Shown: piece after piece, positions 34,245-47,660 of the stretch
Numbering within the stretch: the first letter of the stretch is position 1
Layout of the letters: each line of letters opens with the position of its first letter
DNA from: Curvularia clavata
Taxonomy: Eukaryota
NCBI GenBank assembly: GCA_023920165.1
Contig: CP089277.1
Coordinates: 930,001-994,000 of the forward strand
Length of the DNA: 64,000 bases
Direction: 5' to 3'
Notes under the pieces: generated by a model
Seen by the model: the letters and a program-made list of their open reading frames with translations, nothing else
The model's database searches: none
Told to the model about the DNA's origin: nothing
Program-made: the position numbers and the translations under genes

Positions 34245-35663
34245 GCTAGGTGATTGGTCACTGTGATGGCAATGGTAGAGGAATGTTTTATTTTGGTTAC
34301 AACCAAGCGTTGATGTTTCCATTCTTCATCTTGCTAGCTTAGACAAGCCTCTAGCTATTGATAATGATAATAAACAAAGTACTTGTCCAAACAGACGAAT
34401 GGATGCATGTGGCGAGCATGGATGCGCCGGGAGAAGTTTTCTTTTGTCCACGTGAGGCGAGAAGGGTCAAGGATGTGGCGGACGGGTACAGGTTCCTCAC
34501 GTGATGAAGCTAACCGGGGCAGTGTACCGTACTTGGATGTGCACAGCGCCCTCTGTGGGATGACGAAAGCCATGATTGACTGCTGTGTACCGTACATCTA
34601 TGTATAGACGGGTTGGGCTGCAGGCAACTGCAACGCTGGATTGCACGCGTCACTGAGTCAGCACAAGGAGATGGATGGGGCAACGATTGGCGACTCGTTC
34701 GTGTGCCGTGGCGGCATACATATGCGAACGCTTTGGCTAGTGGTAGCGTCATTGTTGTTGTCAGTGCGCGGGACGTGGTGGATGTGCGTTGGACAGGGCC
34801 TCGAGGCAGCGTTTCGACAGGCAACAAAAGGAAACAAGGAAAAACAGCAGCGTCATTGTGGGCAGGCTGGAATGAAGCATTGCAGTCGTGCTGCTGGGTC
34901 ATGGTATGCTCTGCTATGTGCTGGCTCGCCGCCGCCGCCGTGTCCACTTGGGCGGCCGGCGCTCAGCAGGCAGGCGCGAATATTGACAGGACTGGGTGCG
35001 CGCACGGATGCTGAGCGGCCACGGCAGCGACGTAATTCGGTCTCCTTGGGCTTTCTGCGGCTCTGCGACTATCTCCACGCCCTCGATATCCGTCTATCGA
35101 TAGCTATCCTCTCTCTTCCCCCCAGATCCCTTTGGCGCGTCCGGCCCAACTGCTGCCATCGCCCTCTGCCCTGCCCCGCACGCGTCGCCCGCCTTTTTGC
35201 GTGCCTTCAGCCCATCGCCACGTCCGCGCTAGCTGTTGCGTCGCGTCGTAGAATAACAAACACCACTGGGCAACCACGACGACGCTTCCGCCGCCCACCG
35301 CACGCCTCCTCGCCTCCTGCACTCCACCACCACCACACCAACATCCGCGCCTTCGACCCCCAGACTCTGCTGCCCGCCCCCGCCGCCTCGCCAGTCGCTG
35401 TCGCATCCTGCGCATTGCAATAGCAGCCGCATACCGACGTTTCGCGGTAAGCACCAGTCATCACCCGTGCGTGTGTGTGCGCGCGCCTCTGTGTGTGTGT
35501 CGAGTCTCAGGTGGGGCCCTGGCCATTCGCGCCTTCATGGCTCGCTGTCCACACCCATGGTTCAGATGTCCGCAAACACACATGCAATAATATACAACCC
35601 TCTGTTGCTCCCCGCATTCGCTGACCGCATTGCTTCTTGCACAGTCTCGTACGCGCAGACACC

Positions 35664-38352
35664 ATGTCGACCCGCCGCAGTGGACTCCGCTCGCGCAGAG
35701 AGCCCCAACAGCAGTCTGACCCCGATACGCCAGATGCCACGCCCTCGCGGAAGCGCAGGCGGGTGAGCAGCCCAACAACTACTAGTGTTGCGGCCAACTT
35801 GTACTCACTCGCACAGTTGAACGGCTCTGCCCAGGATGAGGCCGCCTCGGCTGCTGAAGACCCTCCCCGAACCCGCATCACCGAGTCGGTTGCCAGTAAC
35901 GACTCCAATACGACGCTCCCCAACGGAGGAGATGCTGAAAATGCCATGGACCCCATCGAGCGCCAGAACATGGTCATTTCCGCACTCCGCACCCCCGCAT
36001 ATACCCCCAACGCCGCCATCGACTATGCCAACGACCTCCAATCCCAGCGCAACGAGGGCAAGAACATTGCCGCCTTTGCAAAGATTGCTGCCCGTGACTG
36101 GTGCTTCTTCGTGCAGGACACGCAAGTCAGGATCGGTCGTGTAGACTCCAACAGCCGCGCCAACCCCCACAGCTCCCAAGCTGACCTCTCCGGCATGCCC
36201 ATGAGCGATGCACAGCGCCAGGACTGGGGCGTACACATTGACCTTGGCCCTGAGCGCCAAATTTCCCGTGTACATGCTGAAATTAACTTTGATCCCTCGG
36301 ACCAAAAGTGGTACATTACAGTCAACAGCCGCAACGGCCTGAAGCTCGATGATCGCCACCTGACCAGGGGAGACCGGGCTCCTCTGCACTCGGGTATCTG
36401 CATCAGTATCATGAGCACTCAGATGCTTTTCCTCCTCGCTAATCAAGAGGACCATTTCCACCCGATGCTGTGGCGTCAAGTTAAGAACGAGGATGCAGCC
36501 GAGTCTGACAATGACGGCAATCCCCCACCAAAGTCTCACCAACATGCACATCCCGGCGGACCTACTCCAAAGCGTGACCAATATGATCCCTTCCCGCCAT
36601 CCTCACATCCTCGTCACAAGCACCAGTCCTCGCAGGCCTACTACAATCAGATGACATCTACCCCCGGTGGTCTGCCAGGAACCCCCATGACATTTCGCGC
36701 TGAAAAAGACCCTCGCAGTAAAGGCTCGCCTGCTACCTTTTCCCGGTCCGTTGTTCTGGAAACAGGAGACGATATTGACTACAGCTTGGATTCCACCAAA
36801 GACATCAAGCCACCTCACAGCTATGCCCAACTCATCGGCCAGGCAATTCTAAGCAGCGAGGAGGAGATGCTTACCCTTGCAAACATCTACGACTACATCA
36901 AAGCCCGTTATGCATTCTTTCGGCACACCAACAGCGGCTGGCAAAATAGTATTCGCCACAACCTATCTTTGAACAAGTCGTTCGCAAAGGTTGCACGCCG
37001 AACCGACGAGCCCGGAAAAGGCATGAAGTGGAAGATTGCCGAGAGCGAAAAGGAGGAGTTTATCAAGAAGCAGCTTCTCAATCCTCGCAAGGGCGGTGGC
37101 ATGACTATTGGGTATCGCCTCGATGGCTCGGGGCCTAGTTCGCCTGCGCTTGGAAACCCAACTCAAGCCACTGAACGTCTCGTGGGTGCTTTGGAGCGTG
37201 ACAATCGCTCTCACCAATGTGCTCCTCGCATTAAATCACCTCCACGTTCTGCAACGCCCCCACTTTCATCTGTGCCTGTTGCAAACGAGTCATATACCCC
37301 GGACCGCGGCCCACGTCCATATGGAGGATTCAAGCAGTCGCCCAACACCCGTGATCAAGATCATCGTTTTGTCACACCCGCGAAGCGACTCATGTACGGA
37401 AGCAACGAGGGACAGGGCCCTTATATCAAGCCGGACGAGTCTCAGCGACATCTTGAATCTTCGCCTGGCGTGGATCCCGTCAAGCAAAGCGTTCCTGGCA
37501 TGAAGACTGATGTAGGAAATTCTCCACCCACTCTTTATTCGGATGCTGCATCCACTAGCATGAATGGCAACTACGACACAGGGCGTGTAAACAACGCGCT
37601 CGTCACGCCTTTGGTTACAAGACACGCACCTCGTCTTGCGCCTCCGAGCACTGCCCAGATGCCCAGCCAGTATATGGCATTTTCTAGTCCCGCACCTTTC
37701 TGGAAGTTTGTCGATCTCCCCAGCACGCCTGCTAAAGGACTTCTCGAGCTCAGCCCAATCAAACTCCAACGCCCAGACTTTAAAGATGGCGACGATGACG
37801 ACGACAATCACCCCAGCTCGCCGCCTGTGCTACCACGCCGGAGTGCCGAGCCTGAAGATGACCAGGACCAGGATGGCGAACTCAAAGGGGAAGATGATGA
37901 GGACGCTGGTCCTGAAAGTCCAAGCCGCACAGTCTCTCGGCCCGTCAGTCGGCGAGAGATTGGAAGTCAACGCTCAAGGTCAAACAGCAATGTGAACGGG
38001 CTAGGATTGGGAATTGTGGGCAATGGCGGAATGGTGCGAGGTGCAAGCCTTACGAGCTTTGAAGAAGAAGCAGAACCTGAGGAGGAGAGCTATGACCTTT
38101 CCAAGTACGTACTGCCCCTATCCTCTCTTCGTGCCACTTTTGTGGTGCAGTCCTTGGTTGTAGCAGTGAAGAAACAGTTTCACTAACCACATTATGCCAA
38201 ATAGGGGTTTCCAGAAAATCGGCTCTTTCCATCGCAGCATGGCTCAAGCTCATGGGCTGGGCAGTCTTGGTGCTCGATCCACTGCCACACCGCCGCCTCC
38301 GGCTCCTCATCCCCCACACCTGTCACGCACAAGTGTCCCTGCGAATATGTGA
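35664..38352 (+). CDS. FHA + forkhead transcription factor (Fkh1/Fkh2/Sep1-like)
   Basis: Exons 35664-38104 and 38205-38352; a 5'UTR intron is likely at 35447-35644. FHA domain (AFAKIAA...IGR...IDLGP..QISRVHA...RNG), forkhead domain (KPPHSYAQLIGQAI...WQNSIRHNLSLNKSF) and tail DLSKGFQKIGSFH. Confidence 0.93.
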
Positions 38353-39047
38353 GGGTTGGAGAGGCAGAGGCTAAAGCCCGAGCGAAATGATTACATGCGA
38401 GCATGAGTATGAAGAAGCAGCAATGTTGAACACCATTATGGGAAACGAAGGCGTTTGGAGGTGTTTTTTCTTCAATGCAAATATTCATCTACTATTTGAC
38501 TAGCTTTTGGGGGGTTTCTGTTTCTGTTCATTCACTAAGACTCGATTGTACACTTTTGTCTCAAAAAGTTCAGTCAGATCAAGTCCCATCTTGTATGACT
38601 AGCAGTTACATTCTTTTCCTTCTGGGATCATACGTTTCAAAAAGGGAAAAGGGTGGGCTACATACTCCGCTTTGGCGTTTTAAGGTGCGTGATGAGAGAG
38701 AAGATAGGAGAGGGGAGGAAAAGTAGAACTAGGTATTGAGACAGCAGAGGGAAAACTTGCTGTTGCCGATGCTAGTCTTGAATGTATGCTTCTCGTTTAT
38801 AATGACTCAGCCTCTTTTCGTGATTCTTCTCATCATTGTCCATGCTTCACGCTCGTGTTTTGTGTGTTACAGATAACGAGTGAAGTAACAAATAACATCA
38901 CGACACATTTTCACGTACAACAAAACTGCACACATATATCATGCATATCACATTTCCATTCCTCTATGCCTCAAAGCCTAGTGATCTCTCTGGCTTCGTC
39001 ATACATGTAATATATGCAACTCTCCCCCCTTGGCCTTGTTCTCCCAT

Positions 39048-40049
39048 CTAGTTGATCTGCCTATGCGGGAACCACTTGCTCGGCTTAAGATTCTTCTCTT
39101 CAAGCGGGGCATCAAGCACACCCAAGCGCCTTATTTCGCCTGCAGAAGGCGCATCGTCGCGTTTGATGTTGGCTTCGGCCTTGCGGTACGCGGCTTGCAG
39201 AGCGAGGGTGCGGGCAGCCTGTACAAAATATATGCGTCAGCCATGCATATTGTCTTTTTTGGGTATGGGGTCTTTGAGAGGTAAAAGGGTAGGTTTTTGC
39301 TAAGGGGGAAAGGGAAAAACGTACCTCCTTCTTGTGGTGAAGACACTCGTAGTAGTCTTCAAGGACGGGGGCGCATTTTGCTTTGCCAGAGTCGTCTTCG
39401 GCGTTGGTGTTGGTGGTATAGCAGGCGAGGACTTCTTGCCAGAAGGGGAAGCAGCGGGATGGGCCTGTGCGAGGGGTGGTTAGTTGGGGTTTGTGAGGGA
39501 GGTGACTGAAATGTGTATGTGAGTGTTTGCGAGGAATTGGACGCAGAGGGAGCTTTCGGAGGGCCTGGGGAGCTGTGGTGAATTGGCGGAGATGTAGATG
39601 TTTAGAGGTAGGCGAATGGACAGGCGGTCGGGCGGGGAGGTGTTGAAAGCCCGGAATTCCTTGCACTAGGTTCCGAGATGCATGTCTGAGCAACTTCCAT
39701 ACGCATCGTAGGCGGGGGCTTGTGTATGTGCCATGCGTATATCTCTAACGCCTCCAAGTCTGGAATTCGTCGTAGTCGCAATGTAGAAGCCCAAGTTCCA
39801 TGCTGAAGCGTTGACCACTATCACCCGGTACATTCGAAAAGAATTCGCTTCGTATCCGACTCTCTCCCTACTCCGATCCGATATTCACGTCGTGTGCTCG
39901 CCGTCGTCGCTCTTCGCATTCGTTCCGGTTCCGCTCTTCGTGATGCCATTGCGCTCCTTCACAGCCTCCGCCAGCGCCCAAAGCTTCCTCATATGTCCAC
40001 ACAGATATTAACAGCACTTACCACCAGCAAGTCCGTATCCTGAAGCCAT
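39048..40049 (-). CDS. NDUFS5: Mitochondrial complex I accessory subunit NDUFS5-like (twin CX9C)
   Basis: Exons 40049-40022 (MASGYGLAG), 39464-39325 (GPSRCFPFWQEVLACY...KCAPVLEDYYECLHHKKE), 39218-39048. Two CX9C motifs. Confidence 0.92.
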
Positions 40050-40717
40050 TGTCGCGGTGTTTAAGTGGGGGTCCAAGGTCGCGATGTGTAGCTGTCGACG
40101 GATTCGGGTGAACTTGTGTTACGTCAGCAGCGCACGGACTGGACAGGCCAAAAGCATTGGTTAGATGCAACACTTCGTAGAACAGAATCTCTACATCTCT
40201 CTAGGTTAATTTAGCGACCGGTACGACTGGAAATAAGGGGGAAAGGTGTGCGACGAATATCCATAGTAGGGATTTATCCTCAGAATCAGTTTAAACCTAC
40301 TCTGTCAAAGCCACGAAACTTTTGAATACATCAGCCTTGTCATGCTATGGAATGCCGTCTTCCAATCATCACGGCGGTTCGCCTACTGACTTCTACCCAA
40401 TTAAAGGCACCAGTGCTAGGACAGCCCTCGGCTGTGCGCAATATGTGGCGTCTCTCTGCTCGATACTAGGCTCCAACTTCTCAGCCTTGTCCTCCAAGAT
40501 TCTAACATTCCTTCGCACACAGAATCGAATTTCTATCTTTTCTGGGCTCATAGCAACGTGATGCTTCAATCCTAAGTCCTCTATTACGTTTTAGTTGGCG
40601 TGTACCCAGTTTGACACGCACTTTATCCAATTCTTTCTACGCTGAGCGAGGGGTCGGCTCCGCGCCTATCTATCATACGTTAGCTGTTCGACCCACCATT
40701 CTTGTCTTTGAACTGCA

Positions 40718-42766
40718 ATGAATAGGGACGCTGAAGGCAATCCTGCGAAAGATGAAGAGATGAAATTTTGTTCACTGTGCTTTTGTTCGAAGGTGAACGA
40801 CAAAGCTAGTGGTGGTGTGAATCAAAAACTGCGCCCCGATTTCCTTTCAGGGTTCGTATCGGAACTGACCATTGCTGCGGAAGAAGGATGTCACACTTGC
40901 AGTCTAGTCCTCGATGCCATAGCCACCTGGTTCAATGATCAGACTGTGGATCCAAGTTGTCTGTGCACAGTTCGTTTCCACTTGGAATGTCTTGACATTA
41001 TGTTGGTGGATGGAATGTACAACAAAGGTAGCATTGAAGTTATGTTCTCGCCACGTGAGTCCGGTTTCCCAGAAAACAAGGCTTTGCGTATGTGCTTACT
41101 ATATGTATACAGAGTACTCTGCAACGGTGGACCCAATACCTGCAAACAATGTCTGGAGACTGCCAGATACCCGGGAATTATCGGGTAGCACATCCTCTGA
41201 TTCAACTTTCCTTCACCTCGCAGATCTGATGGCGAACTGTGAAAGCTATCACGAATCTTGCAATCGACCGTTTTCCAATCCCTTGCCCAAAAGAATAATT
41301 GAGATTGCGACAGGAAGTGTATACCTCCGTGAGGCGCAGAATGTGTCAGCTAGATATGCCTGCCTCAGCCACTGTTGGGGGCCACTTGGCCCAGCATCTA
41401 GATTAACTAAGGCCAGCTTGAGATCTCTTTGTCGAGGACTTGCAATCTGCCAGCTGCCCCAAACTTTCCGAGACGCCGTGGTAGTTTGCCAATCTCTCGG
41501 GATATCATATATTTGGATAGATGCTCTATGTAAGTTCGTTTACAGTAATATTTCACGGGAGAGAAGATTAATAATAGTTCAGGCATTATTCAAGATAGCC
41601 TCGAAGATTGGGAAGAAGCCGCAAACACTATGGCTGATATATATGAAAATGCATGCATCACGATTGCGGCAGTATCGGCCGCTGATAGTACGCAAGGCCT
41701 TTTCTCTTCGGATCGCATAGCAAGGCGTCTATTAAAACACCCTCAATTCTATGCAAAGGCGCGGATGCCTACGCTTACTTCAAGTTATGGCAAGCTGTAC
41801 TTCGACAAACCTCTTTGGCCCTTACTCAGCCGCGCATGGGTATACCAGGAGCGGTGTCTTTCACCGCGAGTTGTGTATTTCGGCAACGATCAAATTTACT
41901 GGCAGTGCAGGTATATGTTTACGTCTGAGGATAACCGTGGGCTCAGGATTTGGGAACGTGAATCTGGTTGCGACTGGCGCGACTGGACTAAAGATCCCGT
42001 TGGAAGCTGGCGGGAAATCATTCGAGAATACTCCGTCTTGCAATTAACTTACGAGAAGGATCGCCTGCCAGCCATTGCAGCTGTGGCTAGTCGAATGTCA
42101 CTTCTACGAGAGCCAAGCGATGTCTATCTCGCGGGCATGTGGAAGAACAGCTTAATATCCGATCTGTGCTGGTGTTGTGACTCCAGTCCTCAACCTCGGC
42201 CTGAGCGGAGGGTCCCTTCTTGGTCTTGGGCTTCGACTCAGCGGTCACAGATTCATTTCTATGAACAATCGCAGCATTTCAATGTGAACGTGGTGAGCCT
42301 AACGTACAACATTGTGGGCAGAGCATATCTTGGAGCCGTCGAAAACTGCAAGCTAGTGCTGAGAGGGTATGTCCTGCCACTGACTGAAACACGGGGACTT
42401 TCCCACGAAAATATCAGCGATATCCACCGAGAAATTCAGGATCAATCGAGTTTTATGTTTGCTGCACTTCGAGTTTCGATGCAAAGTCATGGCTTCGTCC
42501 TCGAACGCCCGAGATTCTATCCAGATTACGACCTTGAGACGGCCATACCTCCATTTGAGTACGGAGCAAGCCTTAAATTGATGTTTCTTGCGAAGCGAAC
42601 CTGCTTCATTGGAGGAGTGGTCCTTCGGCAACTTTCCAAGGATGCAGACGAATACGAGAGAATTGGTTTCATTAGTAGTACTGTAATGAGCAACAGTAAC
42701 AAGAGGAAAATAGAGATAGATCGCATATTGCAATCAGTACCTATAGAAGACGTACAGATTGTATAA
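40718..42766 (+). CDS. Heterokaryon incompatibility (HET-domain) protein
   Basis: Exons 40718-41054, 41113-41529, 41583-42766. HET motifs C..YH..C, PKRII, YACLSHCWG, LPQTFRDAV.VC..LGI.YIWIDALCIIQD...DW.......MADIY.NA..TIAA, L.RAWVYQER.LSPR, followed by YS...LTYEKDRLPAIA, YLAGMW, PSWSWAS and YERIG. Confidence 0.92.
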
Positions 42767-43359
42767 GTGTAAATACATATCCGGTTGACGCGGTGCTCGT
42801 ATCATGTCACAATGTGTAAGAAGCGCTTAAAACGTTTGAATAAATAGTTAGAGCTATGTAACATAAGTTGATACGATTGTGGTCCTTTAATGTCATTTAA
42901 GTCCGCAAGTAAACATGTTCTAATTGCAACTCCTACTTTAAGTAGAATTTGGGGAATATAAGCTACATATTTTTGGTTTAAGTTAGTGCGATTCACGTCT
43001 AAACATCTAGACTAACCCTAATCTCTCATCCTACTCTTCCTACTCATATAACGAAACTCTGCTATTGTTAATAAGTCGTACTTCACCTCTTTGCCAGTGC
43101 GACCCTATCATTATCCTCAGTTGTTTTATATCACATGTTGTCTTTGCTGAGTATTTAACGAGTCTGTTTCGTGTTGTTGATATATCTACCGTAGGCATGA
43201 CTAGTAACTGCCGATTGGAGCGTTGCCGACCTTCGTGCGACGGCATTTCAGCTGCAAGCCACCGAGAGTTCAGCTGCGACCACAAGGCTGACTCATATTT
43301 GAGCTGATCGCCCGGTCGAAACGCAACACTTCAGGCCATTTTTTCCTGCAACTTCCATC

Positions 43360-46110
43360 ATGGCACCCTTGACCAGTACCTCTACTCCAACCACGATGGC
43401 CAATCTGGTACCCACTTTAAAGCCAGAAGAGCAGAGTTTCGCTGGCGACGAGTTTTCCAATAATCTTTTTAGCGACCTGGCGCCGCTATTGACCCTTTTT
43501 GGTGAACAGGTTTGGATCGACATCTTCAGGGTTATGCACCTACTAAGCAGTGTAGGTTACAAAACAATTCTTGTCCATGTCTATGGGTTGGGCGGACAAT
43601 ATCCTTATCGCCATGGGCCCATTAGGTATACTAACGACAGTCATTTCGGCCATTCGCGTGGGTGGTGTGAAGAATTTAAAAAGTCTGGTAGGGCGGTGAG
43701 TGTACTCACTACGACATGTTGAACGGATGCGTGTTGATCCTCGGCAGTGCCCGAGAGAGCCTGGCCGCCGCAGAGCAGGAGCTGCTTTCATCAACATCCG
43801 ACGATGTATGTGAAATGTGGAGTGGTACCGACATTGTTAGACAGCTTGGTAAGCCAAGAACCAAGGAGCTGATAGTCGTCAAAAACGATCGTGCATCTAT
43901 CCCACGGGTCCTAGGTCTTGCACAGGCGATTGAATCGAGATACATGCACGAGACCGACAAGGGCGGGCGATACTTGTCAACGCCCGAAAGACTTGCTTCT
44001 CAAGCACCTAATATTGCTCTCAATGCAGAGGGCTCCTTGGTACTGAAGAAGGAGCTATGGTTTTGGGCCATCGTTGGGATTACTTTGCAATTGGTGGCTA
44101 TCGTATTCCCCGCTCTAGCCACGTACTTGTGGAAGTTCTCCAAGGCGGGCTCAGATGTCCAAGACTATGCTTATCCTTGCTTTGTAGCCGGAACTCTGGC
44201 TATTGTTTTCGGTGTTATCCTCTGCTCCCATGTTATTGAAGGTGTTACTGATGAAAGAACCTATGAGGCCAAAACTCCGCAGGTTTCGCAAGTTACACGG
44301 CTCCAACTAGCATGTACTGTTAGCGACCAAAGCTTCAAGCCCTTTCTAATCATGAATCCGCCTGGAGATAAAAGAATTCAAATGTCGAGGTTGCTAAGAA
44401 GACCAGAACGTCAATTGAGGTGATTTCCATGTCTTTTCATATGCCTTCGTACAAATGGCTGACTATTCTAGCCGACTCGCGGGTTTCGCTAGTATAATGA
44501 CTGTAGCGGGATTCATTGTTCAATTCGTTGGATTACGAGGACTTCACTGGTCGGCTACAATATTCCAGCTTGGTGTCACTCTTACCATGACTGGAGCCCG
44601 CTCGTGGGTGAGACGAGGTCTGTCCGCTGAGGTGCCTTGCGTTCAGTTAAAACCGATGTACGAACTCGAAATGACTGCTCTGCTGTTCTTGCAACATCCT
44701 TCAGAAATCCCCAGTAAACTTTCTGGCAATCACATACCTAAATGCAAAATCATTACAGGCCGAGAACTACAGCTATGCCACAAACGGCATGAGACGCCCA
44801 CAGTGGAAACAGAAAATGGATTGCCTAGTTTTACAGAGTCTGCATTGACCCTCCGACAAGATCTTGCAGATATAATGCCGATTACAACAAATGGAGATAA
44901 AATCACTCAGATGACGTCCAAACTTGTCAAATCAATGACCAAAATCCTCGAATGTTACGAGAACGCGATAAAAGATCGACGGCTGCAGGTAAATCGGGCA
45001 TTGCCTGATCGACAACAATTTAAATGGAGCCATGGGATATTGTGTTACCAAAATGATAAGTGGAAGTATGAGCGGGTGTCCTGCAGTTGGGAAAACGCTA
45101 TGTCACCAGTGGTCGGGGAGCTTAGTCTGCTTGAATCAATGCAAGATCGACTTGAAGCAATGAAAAATCGACTTGAAGCAATTCTGCGGTTTTCCATGTC
45201 TGCTTCTGATGAAAGCGCTAGTGAAGAAATATCAATGGTAGTAATTGGGCACGGGGACCTGCCTAAACGCATCGAATTCGAAGATTGGATGTTCCCAGCC
45301 GCTCCTATATACAGCATCCACTCAATTCCTGGCCACTCTCTTCTGGGAAAAATACACGAAAATAGGTTAGATTCATTTGGGATCAGCACATTACCGTTTC
45401 CGTAGGTCTATCGTTCATCGCTGTAAAGTTGTTGAAGCTTACAACATGGGGATGACAGTCTCGCGCCTATCAATGGTTCCGAATACTTTTTTGCCCACTT
45501 TCGACGCGATACGTTGTTGCAGAAATACGCTGTAGAGATATTTTCAGGGTTCATGAATTCACTAACGGAATCAATTGAAACCGTTGGAGGCTCCACGAAA
45601 ATTGTTGGAACGTTCAGTATCCAGAGCCCCTATCGTGACGACCGCGATGCCTCTGTCAAGGAAAATTCGGTTCTCATGTCATTCTCCCAGGCCCTCGTAG
45701 ACTCTGGTCTGGTTAAGAAAATATGGGAAGCAAAAGCCTTGATTATTCCCCCATTCGCCAATCGAGGACTGCTTCCGACGGAGTCTGGAGACATCATGTT
45801 CGATGAGCCGGTGCGGAAACCCAACAGCCGATCATCAGCTCAAAGCAGTTCGACAATTTCTGTGGGATCAGCCCAAAGAGAGCCTGTTGATCAGAGCAAG
45901 CAAGCCACTGTTTCGGGACCAACTAAGGAGACCATTGAGGACAATGAGAGGAGCGAATCACAGGTCGAGAGCGTCACGAAGGGCGAAACTGTAACCGACA
46001 ACAACGAACGGGTTAATAAGGATCAGGAGGAACTTGCAAAAGACGGTTTAGTTGCCCACAGCTCGCAGTCCGCTCGTTCTGCTCCTGAAGGCGAGGACTA
46101 TAGCAAATGA
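43360..46110 (+). CDS. Multi-pass membrane protein with the N-terminal domain typical of large fungal ankyrin-repeat proteins, here without visible ankyrin repeats
   Basis: Exons 43360-43509, 43556-43695, 43748-44419, 44472-45401, ~45459-46110 (last intron less certain). Motifs DEFSNNLFSDLAPLLTLFGEQVTKQFLS.SMGW.DNI..AMGPLGI.T.VISAIRVGG, GRARE..AAAEQELLSSTS.DVCEMW, PNIALN, GFIVQFVGLRGLHWSA, plus several hydrophobic helices. Confidence 0.75.
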
Positions 46111-47069
46111 AAGAAGCAGAAAGAATTAGGATGTTTTAGAAGTAGATTTATGTCTAGCGCTGCACCATATCGTAGTGATCTGAGATTGTTCGCGCATGAC
46201 TTTTGTTTTCCGGATGATACGCTTTTGCTGCGAGGATTCAGGGCTGTGGTAGCTTTGAATTAGCAATAAGCCTTTACAACCGAGAACTACAAATAGAAAA
46301 GTAGCTAAAGAAAGAGCAACCGCACTTACTCTGTAGGCATGTTGAAATGAATTTTCGTTCATGTCTCGCTGTGCAGGATCCTGTCGCATAGTACTAAGAC
46401 TGACCAGCGTGGCGTGGTCGGGATACTTGATGCACTGATATGACGCGTTCACTATACTGTTGACATTTCTTCACGCGAGCGCTATGAACCTTTGGTACTG
46501 CAGCATTACTTCGACAAGCGATATGGTGGGAGAGTTAAGGGTGAGTATCACGCGACACATTCAGGCAGAAAACCAACTCCTATCGTAATGTATGATATAG
46601 CAATTATTGTAAAAGCTGTAATGACGTAATGAAGAAAGCCGACGTGTCTAGTTCGAAGCATTAAACTACACGTTTGCCATCTTCTCCGCAAGTATGAACG
46701 TGATCTTGGCGAGCGTGCATTCAAACAAAGGCCTCTCACTCATTTCAGCACATGGAGCAGCATAAGTTAATGCGTATGAGGCTTGGCTGGCGCTTTCAGT
46801 GACACAATTACAATGAATGAGAATAGTACATCTCGCGGCGCAGCATGCTGAACAGATCTGTTACAAGGGCATGTGATTCATTTCCTAATTGCTGGGAAGA
46901 CAGATCGGTACGGGCAAAGGTACTATAGTCGACACGCCTTCACCGTGTGGCAGCAAACTTAACGCAAGCGCACATGGTCTCAACTCAAATTTGCGCAGCA
47001 TCATGCTCTATCAACCTTAACCTCACCCCCCCTTCTTCAGCAAATACACCTCAACAGTTCCGATCTAAT

Positions 47070-47660
47070 ATGGCGAGCATGAACCCTGGATATGCGGTCT
47101 CCCGCAGCAATGGTAGCTCCGAAGCCTGGGTCGCGCTTGCTGCTCTCGCGCGCGCCCTCAACATCACCATGGACGCACTACAGGTTGCTCTAAATGGCGC
47201 TTATGATATACTGGAGATCACTAGTGGCGATCCAATCCTTGCGCTTCAAGTGAGCCTTCAGCGGTTGCAATACCACATTAACATCAGTGCTTTGACTGAG
47301 ATCATTGGTCGCTTCCAATATCTTTTCGGTTCCCTGATCAATCATCAGAGCAGTAAGTGCAACATGGCAAATGATAGTGGTTTGTGCTGACATATTTGTT
47401 CACACCCAGCTAGAACAGAAACGCCGGCTCTTATACAATACTACGGCTTCAGAGACACACCCACAGAAGTACATTTTTGGCGCTCTCAAACTTCCGAACA
47501 GTTAGCCCGGAACATTGCCATGGTTGACCCAAGCCTCCGGTTTCGGTACTTCCTTGATCCAACCGGCATTCCGTTCGGTTCGCAACAGCGTCAAGGGCTC
47601 ATCCAGCGATATACGCAGGGAAACCATTCCGGGCAAGATTATGAGAGGCGAACTGAATGA
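47070..47660 (+). CDS. Orphan hypothetical protein (177 aa)
   Basis: Exon 47070-47352, intron 47353-47409 (GTAAGT...GCTGAC...CCAG), exon 47410-47660, which stays open to TGA. No family recognised. Confidence 0.6.

Noticed and set aside
32118..34322. 734-aa minus-strand ORF antisense to the GH3 gene
   Set aside because: Mirror-frame artefact of strong codon bias in the real gene; no recognisable motifs.
40640..40700. GTTCGA T-loop-like motif (another near 30100) suggesting a tRNA
   Set aside because: No cloverleaf, acceptor stem or A-box could be built.
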